A stretch of DNA of 64,000 nucleotides, taken from assembly GCA_009914755.4 (NCBI GenBank), contig CP068257.2, positions 27,520,001 through 27,584,000 of the forward strand, in the 5' to 3' direction. This stretch comes from the human T2T-CHM13v2.0 reference genome, Homo sapiens. The position numbers and the translations under genes are program-made. The notes under the pieces are model-generated. The model made no database searches. It saw only the letters and a list, made by a program, of their open reading frames with translations, and had not been told where the DNA came from. Shown in pieces: positions 45,328 to 60,655 of this stretch (the first letter of the stretch is position 1; every line of letters starts with the position of its first letter).

Positions 45328-45966
45328 TCTGTAAACCAAAAATAAAATTCTAAGCCCTTCAACCATCTGAATGAACCACTCCTCTTGGCCAAGGGCATTC
45401 CAAAGTTAACCTGAAAAACTAGTTCAGGCCATGATGGGAAGGGAGGGTCAGAAGTGCCTCATTATATATCCTCTTCCCTTTTGGAATTCAGGAAAAGCCT
45501 TCCAGCACTAACATCAACACAGACCTTAAGTCTTACAAGAAACATTTACCATCTATTCTCTCTGAAGCCTCCTACCTGGAGGTTTCATCTGCATGATAAA
45601 ACTTTGGCCTCCACCATCACTTATCTTAACCTAGACATTCCATTCTATTAATTTCAGGTCTTTAGATAATAGCTTAACTCTTTCAACCAATTGCCAATCA
45701 GAAAATCTTTAAAATCTACCTATGAGCTGGAAGCCCAACTTCAAGTTGTCCTGCCTTTCTAGATCGAAACAATGTACATCTTACATGTATTGACTGATGT
45801 ATTATGTCTCCCTAAAATAGATAAAAGCAAGCTATACTCGACCACCTTGAGCACATGCCATCATGACCTCCTGAGGCTGTGTCACGGGTGCATCCTTAAC
45901 CTTGGCAAAATAAACTTTCTAAATTTATTGAGACCTGTCTCAGGTACCTTTGGATTCACAAATCTA

Positions 45967-48960
<2,994 letters not shown>

Positions 48961-48989
48961 TAGTTCATTAGATGATTAAAGGTCATTGT

Positions 48990-49215
48990 TTTTTGAGTAC
49001 TCACGGACATATATATGGCAGAAATAGACACCGGGGACTACTAGAAGAGGAAGGGAGGGAGGGGGACAAGGGTGAAAAAAAAAAAAAACAACTATTGGGT
49101 ACTATACTCACTACCTGGGTTACAGGATTATTCATACCCCAAACCTCAGTATCACACAGTATACCCATGCAACAAAGTTGCACATGTACCCACTGAGTCT
49201 AAAATAAAACATCAA
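48990..49215 (+). mobile_element. L1 3'-UTR-like fragment in forward orientation
   Basis: ggacatatatatggcagaaatagacaccggggactactagaagaggaagggagggaggg...tacccatgcaacaaagttgcacatgtacccactgagtctaaaataaaa resembles the L1 3' terminus. Confidence 0.4.
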
Positions 49216-49950
49216 CTTATAAAACAAAAAGCAAAATAAAATCTTTGTTTGCTAAATCCAAAGTCTGGACTTTGTCAAGGAGAATTTACTGCTTGTTTTC
49301 TTTTGCACGGGACATTCTTTTTTTTGTGTGTGTATGTGTCTCTCTGTTTTTGTTAAAAACTGGACATTTTAAATAATATGTCTATTCGGGAAATTGGATG
49401 CTCTCTTCTCCCCAAAGTTTGTTGTTATTGTTGCTATTTTTTCTTACTATTATTAGTTTGTTTATTCGTTTTTTTAGTGACTTTCCTGCACTAATTCTGT
49501 AAAGTCTATATTCTTCTTTTATATGCAGCCATTGAAGTCTCTGCCTGGTTAGATTGGTAGTCAGCTAATGATTAGACAGAGATTTCCTTACATTCCTTGA
49601 ACCAATAAGTTTCCCAGTTTTGGGTGATGGGATATATGTGTGGGTTGGGGTATATCTTTAATATTCCTACAGGCAGTTTACAATTTTGCCTTAAACTTTC
49701 TTCCTGCTTGTATGTAATCTTAAGGTAAGCCAGAGGTGAGGAATTAGGATCTTCTCAGGTCTTTCCTGTGCAGGTACACAGCCCTGCACATGTGAATGAC
49801 CTTCTGTATTTGCAGGAATATGTGTTTGCTTTCCAAAGTCTCTTATGGACATCTTAATTCCTTGGTGGTTGTGTTTTGGTCGGTTTCCTGTTAGCTCCAA
49901 CCAGTAACATTGTCTCAGGCAGCTGCAATGTGAAATAATTGCCACCTATT
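49215..49950 (-). mobile_element. Second L1 fragment (reverse) duplicating an ORF2 segment also present at 47190-47340
   Basis: tctgtaaagtctatattcttcttttatatgcagccattgaagtctctgcctggttagattggtagtcagctaatgattagacagagatttcc is about 90% identical to 47190-47340. Confidence 0.6.
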
Positions 49951-51082
49951 TTTTTTTTTAAACAAATGTCCTAGGAATAGGGCTGTTGGCACAGAGCAAA
50001 TTCTGGGTTAGGTCAAATACAGAAAAGCCCTGAGAACAGATATTTTCAGTGAACTGCCACACAGGTCAAGTCTTAACAATTATGAGATTTGGGGGAAGTT
50101 TTATATCCATATCCATTTGACCCTCTCCAGTGGCTGCCAGGCTGCTGGTTTTCATAGCTACCGTAGTTGCGAGGCTGTTGGTTTTCAATGTTACCATGGC
50201 ATTGGGGTGGGGGAGAGGGATTAGGTCAAGTTAAAATGCCACAAAATAGCTCACTGGTCTTACCAAGATTCAGCCATTTTTTCCTGACTAAACAGTCCTT
50301 GACATTTTGCAATCTTTTAGTTAATTTCCAGAGTTCTGAAAAAGTTAATTTTGACAATTTTTGCCACTGATCTCATTGCTTTTATGGATGAGCAGATTTT
50401 TGATGGTCTTTATTCTACCATTCAAGAAGTACTGTCTTTTTTAGCATGTTAAAAGGTAAGTTTTTTTAAAAAACATAAACCATGACACAAAAATTATAAA
50501 AATAGTAAATGAACACATGCCAAAGACTTTATTTAACTCTGTATTTATTGTGGAGCATATTAAGATACTATACATTCAAAAGAGAATTAAATACACATAC
50601 ACACAGAGGGAATTGAGAATGCTGAAATCATTTTACAGGCATATTGGGTTAATACCTACAGCCCAATAATCAATTGTATTTCACAGGGCCCAATTCACTT
50701 TCATTTCTTCAGGCAAGCATCATTTGTGTTATTAGTTTTTGACAATATTGAGAGTAGTGAAGCAGCTGAAAGGGAGTACAAGGCAAAGATACACTAGAAG
50801 GATAGACAGACAGAGTCCTGGTAATCTTTTTTCCCCACAATAAAGTTTTTGTAGTTTTTCCTGATAAGGGAATGGAGAAGAGAGTGTAGGGAAAAGCAGT
50901 ATAACATTTTGAGACCCTGGACATGTGACTAAAACAGTGGAAAAGGACAGAGCAGAGTGCAGGGGTGTTCAAGGTAGCTGTTGCTGGCCTCGCCTTCAGT
51001 GATAAATTCTTCTCTATGCCCCGCTTCCTCATCTGTAAGGTAAAGATATGGATCAGCTGATTGCTAAGGCTCATCCCATTCC

Positions 51083-51255
51083 AGCTGTATTCAAATGTGG
51101 CCCCCAGAACTGCAGCATCAGTATCACCTGAGAACTTGTTAGAAATGCAGATCCTTAGGCCCCATCCCAGTTTTACTGAATTGGAAACTCCAGTGTAGAT
51201 CTCAGCAAGCTCTCTAGGTGATTTTGATGCAGCTGAATTTTGAGAACCATTGTAT
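51083..51255 (+). mobile_element. MER5-like hAT-Charlie DNA transposon relic
   Basis: caaatgtggcccccagaactgcagcatcagtatcacctgagaacttgttagaaatgcagatccttaggccccatcccag...aggtgattttgatgcagctgaattttgagaaccattg closely follows the MER5A consensus. Confidence 0.5.
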
Positions 51256-51291
51256 ATCAATTTTCTATGAGATGGAAATTTGATATTGATA

Positions 51292-51640
51292 TGATATAGT
51301 TTGGCTGTGTTCCCATTCAAATCTCACCTTGAATTGTAATAACCCCTGCCGGGTGCCAGGTGGAGATAATTGAATCATAGGGTCAGTTTCCCTCCTACTG
51401 TACTTGTGGTAGTGAATAAGTCTCACGAGATCTGATGGTTTTATAAATGGGAGTTCCCCTGCACACAGTGTCTTGCCTGTCGCCGTGTAAGATGTGACTT
51501 TGCTCTTCACAGGCCTTCCACCATGATTGTGAGGCCTTCCTAGCCATGTGGAACTGTGAGTCAATTAAGCCTCTTTCCTTTATAAATTACCCAGTGTCAT
51601 GTACATCTTTATTAGCAGCGTGAGAATAGACTAATACAGA
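51292..51640 (+). mobile_element. THE1/MST-type MaLR LTR (forward), solo
   Basis: tgatatagtttggctgtgttcccattcaaatctcaccttgaattgtaataacccc...gtgaataagtctcacgagatctgatggttttataaatgggagttcccctgcacac...cctttataaattacccagtgtcatgtac...gagaatagactaataca. Confidence 0.8.
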
Positions 51641-51784
51641 TATCAAGGAAACTCCATTAGCTATCATGACAGCATATTTAGAATTTTCTCCTAAACTTTG
51701 AAAGCATCAATTATTTCTGTGTGTAAAAGGAAAAAGTCAGTTTGGTTAAAGCTCTTTTTATTTTTTATATAAAAAAAGGAGTTC

Positions 51785-52096
51785 GGCCGGGCACGGTGGC
51801 TCACGCCTGTAATCCCAGCACTTTGGGAGGCCGAGGTGGGTGGATCACGAGGTCAGGAGATTGAGACCATCCTGGCTAACACGGTGAAACCCCGCCTCTA
51901 CTAAAAATACAAAAAGTTAGCCGGGCGTGGTAGCGGGCGCCTGTAGTCCCAGCTACTCCGGAGGCTGAGGCAGGAGAATGGTGTGAACCCGGGTGGCGGA
52001 GCTTGCAGTGAGCCGAGATCGCACCACTTGCACTCCAGCCTGGGTGAAAGAGTGAGACTCCGTCTCGAAAAAAAAAAAAGAAAAAAAAGAATAAAA
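51785..52096 (+). mobile_element. AluY-like young Alu (forward), near-consensus, with TSD aaaaa[g]gagttc
   Basis: ggccgggcacggtggctcacgcctgtaatcccagcactttgggaggccgaggtgggtggatcacgaggtcaggagattgagaccatcctggctaacacggtgaaaccccgcctctactaaaaatacaaaaagttagccgggcgtggtagcgggcgcctgtagtcccagctactccggaggctgaggcaggagaatggtgtgaacccgggtggcggagcttgcagtgagccgagatcgcacc...; very few differences from the AluY consensus and many intact CpGs. Confidence 0.93.
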
Positions 52097-53319
52097 AGAG
52101 TTCATTTCTTCTTACTCAGAATTCATTATAGAGAGTAGCTTATCATTGCTCTATGTCCATTTGTTGTAGGCAAAACCTCAATTCACAATTTATTTTAACA
52201 TAACCAGTCCAAAGAAAGGTCAGAGAGGTATTTTTTGTAGCTTTGAGTTTCATATATTTTATATAGTTAGAAACTTCTCTCCTAGTTATCATAGTGGGGA
52301 AGGGTGAGGTCAGACTTCCGAAGTCTTGTGCTGGAAAGTTTTTGGTCTTTCTCTTCACTCACAAAGGCAGTGATTACAGGACACTATGGGCTGTGCTTGG
52401 AAAACTTTTGTATAAACCTCAGTCCTTGGGTTGGGCACTTCTCTGCTTACTTATGATGAGCTATTCTGTTTGTTTGGTACACAGTAGACTGGTCCTGTTT
52501 GCCACTATCATTTCCTTACGGTTTACAGCTATGGTGCACCATTTAAAATGATGGTTTTCAGTATCCTAATTGTATGATGTGTCCTTTGTACATTCTCAGC
52601 ATGATGCTCTTTCCAGCGTTTTCTACAGTAGCTGTTCTCTGCTCAACCCCATCTAATCAACTCGTGCAAAGGTGATCATTGTTTCTAAGTGGATGCCCTG
52701 GCCAGCTTTGAAAACTCTCTTAGCAATGACTTATATTTAAGCATAGGTCACTGATTACATTGGTCAAAGTAATATCTATGAAGTTAAGAACAATGAGACC
52801 TCAGAACTAGTAGTCAAAACCTCACTGTTCACAATGTAGGGAAGTTTCTCCAGCAGGTGTTAATAGGTTTACTACAAAGAAAGCATTGTGTCTGTGGTCA
52901 AATCTCTCAAAGACTTCTGATGTACATTCGTATCGAACACTCTGAGAGTCTTATAGTAAAGAAACATCTAACTGTGTGTAACTCACGTTTTCAAACTTAT
53001 TTGAGCATGAAACATTTTTACCACTGGCATATCTAATCACATCCAGTTTGGGAAAGGATGTGTAGAATATTTGAGATGATCGTTAGAACTTGTTAAAAGG
53101 AGAGTTTCTTAAAAATCCAGGAGTGTGGTGCAATGCTGAGTCCTCAGAGCCTCCCTGTGTTTCCATAACAGAGATAAAATAAGACTGGATATTCACAGAA
53201 TCCTGTTTTATTCATCTAATGATCGAAAGAGGTAAATTATGTGAGAGACCGTCCTGTGCAACAAAGGATCAATATAAATGTGAGTTATTCGTGATTATGG
53301 TAACTGAGTTGACTGCAGC

Positions 53320-53490
53320 TTTGTTACTCAAAATGTGGCCTATGAAAGCAGAGCATTGGAATCACCTGAGTGCCTGCTAGAAATGCAGAGTCTCAGGCCC
53401 TAATCCAGATTTATTTCATCTAAGGCTGCATTGTAGCAAAATGTGATTCCTAGGCATGTTAAAGTCTGAAAAGCGTTGATTACAGCCTTT
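53320..53490 (+). mobile_element. MER5-like hAT-Charlie DNA transposon relic
   Basis: caaaatgtggcctatgaaagcagagcattggaatcacctgagtgcctgctagaaatgcagagtctcaggccctaatccagatttatttcatctaagg... Confidence 0.45.
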
Positions 53491-55409
53491 TGTACTCTTC
53501 CTCTTCCTGACATATCTTAGGTTCATTTCTTCTACCTCATTTCGGTGCCTGCCCCATCTGGAATTCTTTGCAATACTTCTCTTCCTGGAAATTCATAATC
53601 TTTACCATTCACTTCCATCAAAATTTTGTTCCTCTTTTCCCTCCCTGAATTCTAATATTATATGTGGTTTTTTTTGAATGCCAATAGTATGCCTGGACCT
53701 AGGAAATTTCTCAGAAGACCACAGTAAACTTTACAAAATTTTAAAAATTCCGTAAATTGTTCAACACTTGTTTTCATCTGTTTTCTGCTGCTATAACAGA
53801 ATGGATGATTTATAAAGAAAGGTTTATTTAGATCATGGTTCTGGAGGTTAGGAAGTCCAAATGGCACTGGCATCTGGTGAGTGGCATCCCATGGTGAAAG
53901 GGTGGAAGGTGGGATTGAGCCCATGAGACAGAGACAGAAATAGGGGCCGAACTTAGGTTTTTATCAGAAGCCCACTCTTGTGATAATTAACCTACTTCCA
54001 ATATACTGGCATTAATCCATTCACGAGGGCAGAGCCCTTATATTTTCTTTATAGTGTTAACTTCTTAAATAAAGGTTCCACCTTCCAATACCCTTACAAT
54101 GGCAATTAAATGTCAACATGAGTTTTTGTGGGGACATTCAAAACATAGCAACTGTCAATTAGTTTTCCAAAGTCAGTCTCTCTAGGTCTTTCTTTAGTTA
54201 TAGGAAGGGACAAGGTATGGGGCTGGGTGTGTTAACAATCCCTTTCCATTTAATAAAGGTTGCTAAGAGTTAAAAATCTAAGTTCTGCCTATACAAAAAA
54301 TAACATTCATTATCATAATAGTTTAATTTCGGATGAGATCGGGCACATGCAGAGTGGTATGGCTGTAGACACACAATAGTTTCAGAAGTCAGACTGTCAG
54401 AACCATATAGTGAGAGCTACCATAAGCACCAAAAAGCCCATGTATAGATTTCTCTAGCAAAGACGCTTCCTTAACGGCGCCACTGCTCCAGGATGGGGTT
54501 GAGGTGTTGCTGGGGATTGGTAGCCACATTGCTTGTAAAGAGACTGTACTTGCTCCTTCCAGTCTCCCTATGATAAAGTTTTAAGAATATCATAATGAGA
54601 ATTTTTAGGCTACATATAGATTTTTCCACTGTAGGCAGATGAAATCACATATTCTGGTTAGACATTAGATAAAGCTTCTGAGATTTGGACATGCTTTCAT
54701 TAGACAAATGAATGTAATTTTTGATGATCTAATACTCTGCATGTTTCCGGAGGAAGCAGTTAAAGACAAATTTAAATTCTGACAAAGATTTATTCAGCTT
54801 GTTCTTTGGTGGGGAAAGGAAGCTGAATAGTAAAATGTCAACGATTCAAAACTCCTAATTTTCCTTGTTCCAAGTAAAGAATGAGTTTCTAGATAACAGA
54901 ATTTAAAAAAAGTTCCCGTAAGTTTTCCCTTCTTCAGTACTCTCACAAATATCCATGCATGCCAGTAAATAATGTAACCTTAATACATTAAAAGATGAAT
55001 CATGTAAAAGGGAAGTGAAAATGACAAATATGGGAAAAAATGTGACACAAAGAAGTGCATTATGTGTTTATTCGAGAAACCATGAAAACTTCTGTGAAAA
55101 AGCTAAGTGCATGAGATCACTACTCAACATTTTAAATCCCTCAGTGCTGAATTTTCATGGTTTGCAAGCAATCTGAAGGGCATTCAGGCTTCTAGGAAGA
55201 AGTTTTGCAACTTTGAATTTTTGCCTGTCTCTTGGCCTTAATACAGCAATTTAAAAATAAAGTATCAAGGGAACTCAGCCTGTCTCTAAATTGAGGAATA
55301 ATATTCTGCCTTTACAAGCCTGTGACATCACGTATCTTCTTACTTTACAAAAGCTCAAATTGCTTGAGCATTAAGATATTAAGAACCTAGTCATGCACAG
55401 AAAACACTA

Positions 55410-55940
<531 letters not shown>

Positions 55941-56835
55941 GAATATTTTCTTTATGGTGTTAACATATAATTTAAAGCATTATTTTTATGTCTTAATACT
56001 ATTTTCTAGTTTATGTATATAGAAAAAAACCTTTAATACCTTAGATGAGAACAAATTTTTAGTGCCATTCCTTAAAGATTATTTTCTTGGAAATAATGAC
56101 ATAAGTGGTCCATTAGATGATGTTATATGAGTCATAGAAATGCTTGATATAAAGTCCAAAATATCCTCACACATGTGGTCTGTGAGGCAGGCTTGTATAT
56201 AGAAAAAAGGTGGAGGAAATTATGAACACAGGGAAGGAGGTAAAATCATTGCTGGTGCCATATGTCTGGATCTTCTGTTTTCTTCTATTGTGATTTATGT
56301 TCTTTTTAAATGACTTTACTGAGCCCTTTGATTTATTTTGTGATAAAGATTAAATATTTTGTCCTTTTCTGATGTTTAAAATCTGAGATTAGTCTAAATA
56401 AGGTGACCCATTTTTTTGAGGCACACACTGCCCACCTGTCATCATACCACTGGCAAAGCCTTTAGATAATGAACTAGTACATGTGATAGCCTCCAAAATG
56501 CTCCCTTTGAGCTCTTTCTTTATTTTTAAATGTCTTGCTAATGGAGTTTCTTAAAACTGTTTTTTTCTTGGAGTATTTCCTTCAGGGTTGGTTTATATAC
56601 CACACAGGAAACCAGTTTCATTACTTGATAATTGTGCTTTGGTTATAGAACCAATTCTTTGAATGGGCTGGACATAGGAGGCCAAGTAGAAGTCAGCCTT
56701 GTTCTTTCAAACCCCCTCTCAGATTTCTCTTTCCTGTCTATGGATAAATTTGTCTTAAAGATCCCATTTTCAGGTATTAAAAAGTCCAGCCCATGGGAAA
56801 ACAATATTCACATGTAAAATAATGAAGTTGGATCT

Positions 56836-58030
56836 TTACCTAACATCATATATAAAAATTAACTCAAGGTATATCAAAGATCCATTTGTAAAACCTAAAA
56901 TTATATAAATCTTAGAAAAAACACAGGGCAAAAGCTTCACAACATTGGATTTGAAAACAATCTTTTGGTGGCTGTTATACCAAAGGCAAAGGCCATAAAA
57001 GAAGAAATAAACAAATTGGGCTTCATGAAAAATTTTAAAATTGGACATCAAAGAAAATATCAGCTGGCTAAAAAGACAACCCACAGAATGGGAGAAAACA
57101 TTTGCAACTCACAGAAGGGGTTGATTAGTATCCAGAATATATAGAGAACTCCTAAAACTGAACAACAACAAATGACCTGATTCAAATGGGCAAAGAACTT
57201 GAATAGGCATTTCTTCAAAGAAGGTGTATAAATGATCAATAAGCATGTGAAAAGATGTTCAACATTAACAGTCACTGGAGAGATACAAATCAAAACTAAA
57301 AGGAGATCCCGCTTGACACTCATTGGGATGGCTACTATTTAAAACAACACAGAAAATCACAAGTGTTGGTGAGGATGTAGAGAAATTGGAACGCTTGTAC
57401 ACTATTGGTAGGAATGCAAAATGGTACACTGTTGTGGAAAATGGTATGGTGGTGGATCCTCGAAAAATTAAAAAATAGAATTACCATATGATCCAGTAAT
57501 TATGCTTCTGAGTATATACCCAAAGAAATGAAAGTGGTGCACCCATGATTATAGCAGCATTATATTCACAATAGCTAATATGTAGAAGCAACACAATTAT
57601 CTATTGATTGATGGCTAGACAGGCAAAATGTGGTAAATACATACAAGGAATATTACTCAGCCTTAAAAAGGAAAGAAATTCTGAAATATGCTACAACATG
57701 GATGAACTTGAGGATATTATGTTAAATGAAATAAACCAGTCATAAAAAGACAAATATTGTTTGATTCTACTTATATGAGGCACTTAGGGTAGGCAAATTG
57801 ATAGAGACAGTAGAATGGTGTTTCCCAAGGGCAAGGGGGAGAGGAAAGTGGAGAGTTAGTGGTTTATGTGTACAGAATTTTAGTTTTACTGAAGAGTTAT
57901 GGAGATCGATGGTGATAATGGTTGTACAACATTATAAATGTATTTAATACCACTGAACATATACTTAAAAATGACTAAGACAGTAAATTTTAGTTATATG
58001 TATTTTAACACAATTTAAAAAATTGGAAAC
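56836..58030 (+). mobile_element. L1 (older L1M/L1P-type) 3' end: ORF2 C-terminal region plus 3' UTR, forward
   Basis: ...ggcttcatgaaaaattttaaaattggacatcaaag...aacccacagaatgggagaaaacatttgcaactcacag...aagcatgtgaaaagatgttcaacattaacagtcactggagagatacaaatcaaaactaaaag...attaccatatgatccagtaattatgcttctgagtatatacccaaagaaatgaaag...caacatggatgaacttgaggatattatgttaaatgaaataaaccagtcat...accactgaacatatacttaaaaatgactaagacagtaaattttagttatatgtattttaacacaatttaaaaaattgg. Confidence 0.75.
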
Positions 58031-58930
58031 AAAAAGTCCAACCTAGGGTAACATCAAACTTTCAATCACTTGTCCAATTTAAACCTTCTCCCATCCCCCC
58101 ACAGCTCAGGTGCCTGGGTCCTGGAAGCCTACAGTGGGGAAGGGGTGTTGCGGTCAGCTTCTCTGGTCCTCCTGACCACCTTTTCTCTCATCCACGGTTC
58201 CTCACGCCTCTAGGGTAGAATGCAGGAGAGTGGGAAGACTAGAGGCATAGCACAGTCTTAGTTGGCTGGCACTGTTACAACTGGCTGTTTCCAGCCCTCT
58301 GGGAGGCAGATGCCCAAATGCACCCTCCACACTTTCTCTCATGAAGTAGTTTCTGAAAATGCCCAAAGGGTCCTCTCACTACCTTGTTCTCTGGCTTTGA
58401 GTATGAAAGACTTGGTTGTGAAGTAAGCCATGTGATCAGATGACTGCTTATGAGCCTTGCTTAGCAACCTCATCTGATCAGATCCCATAGCCTCTCCTTT
58501 AGGGGTTGCTTTGCCCTGCCAGGCAGATGCCTTCTATATGGCCCTTTCAAGTGTTCCCAAGACGGTTACCTTCCATAGTCTCCATTTAACCCATAGAGCA
58601 CTCAGCACCTGGCCTCAGACAGGGTATGAAGGTGTAGGCTGCTTCTCTTCACTTTGCTTAGAAGGGAGCTCTAGCTGGCCTCTCATTAGACTTTGTCAGA
58701 TGAGAATCAGACACCTGTCCTGTGTCCCTGTAAGTCCAGGAAACTCCAATTCCTCTCAGGGCCCGTGCTGTTGCTGGGGCCCAGAACCTGCCCCAATTTA
58801 GCTGGCTCCAGCTGGCTAGGGGTGGGGGACGATGGGAAGGGTGTGGTAGTGGTAAGCTGTCTTACTCCCTTCCTGCCAGACACCCCAGTCTCTATAAGCA
58901 GTTATTCTGAAGACTCTCATTTGGCATGCG

Positions 58931-59243
58931 CTATGGACTGAACGTGTGTCCCCCGCCCCGCCTAAATTCATATGCTGAAACTGTAATCCCTAAGATGATG
59001 GTATGAGGAGGTGGAGACTTCAGGAGGTAATTAGGTGGAGCCCTCATGATGGGACTGGTGCCCTTTTAAGAGACAGGAGAGCGCTTGCTTCCTCTCTCTC
59101 CACCATGTGAGGACATACCAAGAACTGATTCAGCCTGCACCTGGGTCTTCACTTCCAGCCTCCAAAACTGTGAGAAATAAATTTCTGTTGCCTAAGCCAC
59201 TCAGCCTATGACATTTTTGTTATGGCAGTCTGAACTAACTAAG
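58931..59243 (+). mobile_element. MaLR LTR fragment (MLT1/MST-like)
   Basis: ctatggactgaacgtgtgtccc...gaggtaattaggtggagccctcatgatgggactggtgcccttttaagagacaggagagcgcttgcttcctctctctccaccatgtgaggacataccaag...cttccagcctccaaaactgtgagaaataaatttctgttgcctaagccactcagcctatgacatttttgttatggcagtctgaactaactaag. Confidence 0.6.
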
Positions 59244-59869
59244 GCAATATGAGAATGGGAGAGAAGCGCTCCAGCTACTCTCCCAGGGGGAGGTGGGACA
59301 AACATACAAAGAAATCCCTATTAATCTTTGTACTCCTCCTGAATGGAAACTGAAGGAAGGTGAAGTAGATGAGGTTCAAGTCACCTCCTAGCAAATCATA
59401 CACAGATATTCTAAAACTCTCTTTAAGTTTTGAAACTGGTGCACCATGATAATTCCACTGAACTAATTAATTGTCTCTGGTTGGAAAAATCTCAAAATTG
59501 TGAGGTACACGATTTAGAAAGAACAAGGACTATAAATACATTTAAAATATTTTTCCTAACCCTCCATACTAAGATGCAAAAAAATACCAATATTCATCTT
59601 CTCTGAAGCATGAATCACCTCAGAATAGCCCACGATGTACACTAATATGTGGAAGTACCTTCATGGGATTTAAATATATTTACCTTTCAATTATAGAATT
59701 AAGATGATTTTGGAAAATGGATAAAGAGACATTGAAATGTGGAAAAGTTGAACTCTTACACACTCATGCAAAATAGTTGATTTCCTCTTTTTGGCAATAT
59801 CCCACCTGCTTTGCCCCTGCAACCCTCTGCATTCCTTGCTGCTGCCACACATGGAGGCATAGATACATG

Positions 59870-60655
59870 CTCTCACACACACACACACACACACAAACAC
59901 ACAAACACATAGACACACACAGACACATACAGACACATACACAGACACAGACACACAGACACATACAGACACACACACAGACACATACACACAGACACAT
60001 ACACAGACACACATACAGACACAGACACACACACACAGACACACACACAGACACAAATACAGACAATACAAACACACATACAGACATATAACATATACAG
60101 ACACACACACAGACACACACACAGACACAAGTACAGACACTGCAGACACACAGACACACATGCAGACACAGACAGACACACACAGACACACAGACACAAA
60201 TACAGACACTACAAACACATACAGACATATATACAGACACACACAGACACACATAGACACACACACAGACACACAGACACAAGTACAGACACTGCAGACA
60301 CACAGACACACACGCAGATACATACAGACACAGGCACATACAGACACACACACATATACACAGGCACACACAGACACACACACACAGACACACACAGACA
60401 CACAGACAGACACATATGGAGACACACATACAGACACACATGCACACACAGACACACACACAGACATATACACAGACATACAGACACACAGACATATACA
60501 CAGACACAGGCACACACACATGCACACAGACATACAGACACAGACACATCAGGCACACACATAGACACATACACACAGATACACACATAGACACATACAG
60601 ACACACAGACACACATAGACACACACAGAGACACACATACAGACACTTAGACACA
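59870..60655. repeat. Long (~790 bp) CA-rich complex minisatellite built from CACA / CAGACA / CACATACAGACA-type units
   Basis: uninterrupted cacacacacacacaaacacacaaacacatagacacacacagacacatacagacacatacacagacacagacacacagacacatacag... for about 790 bp; purine/pyrimidine strand asymmetry (C+A on +). Confidence 0.9.

Noticed and set aside
50709-51320. 203-aa minus-strand ORF
   Set aside because: It runs across a MER5-like DNA-transposon relic and unique AT-poor sequence with no exon boundaries, and its composition is not protein-like.
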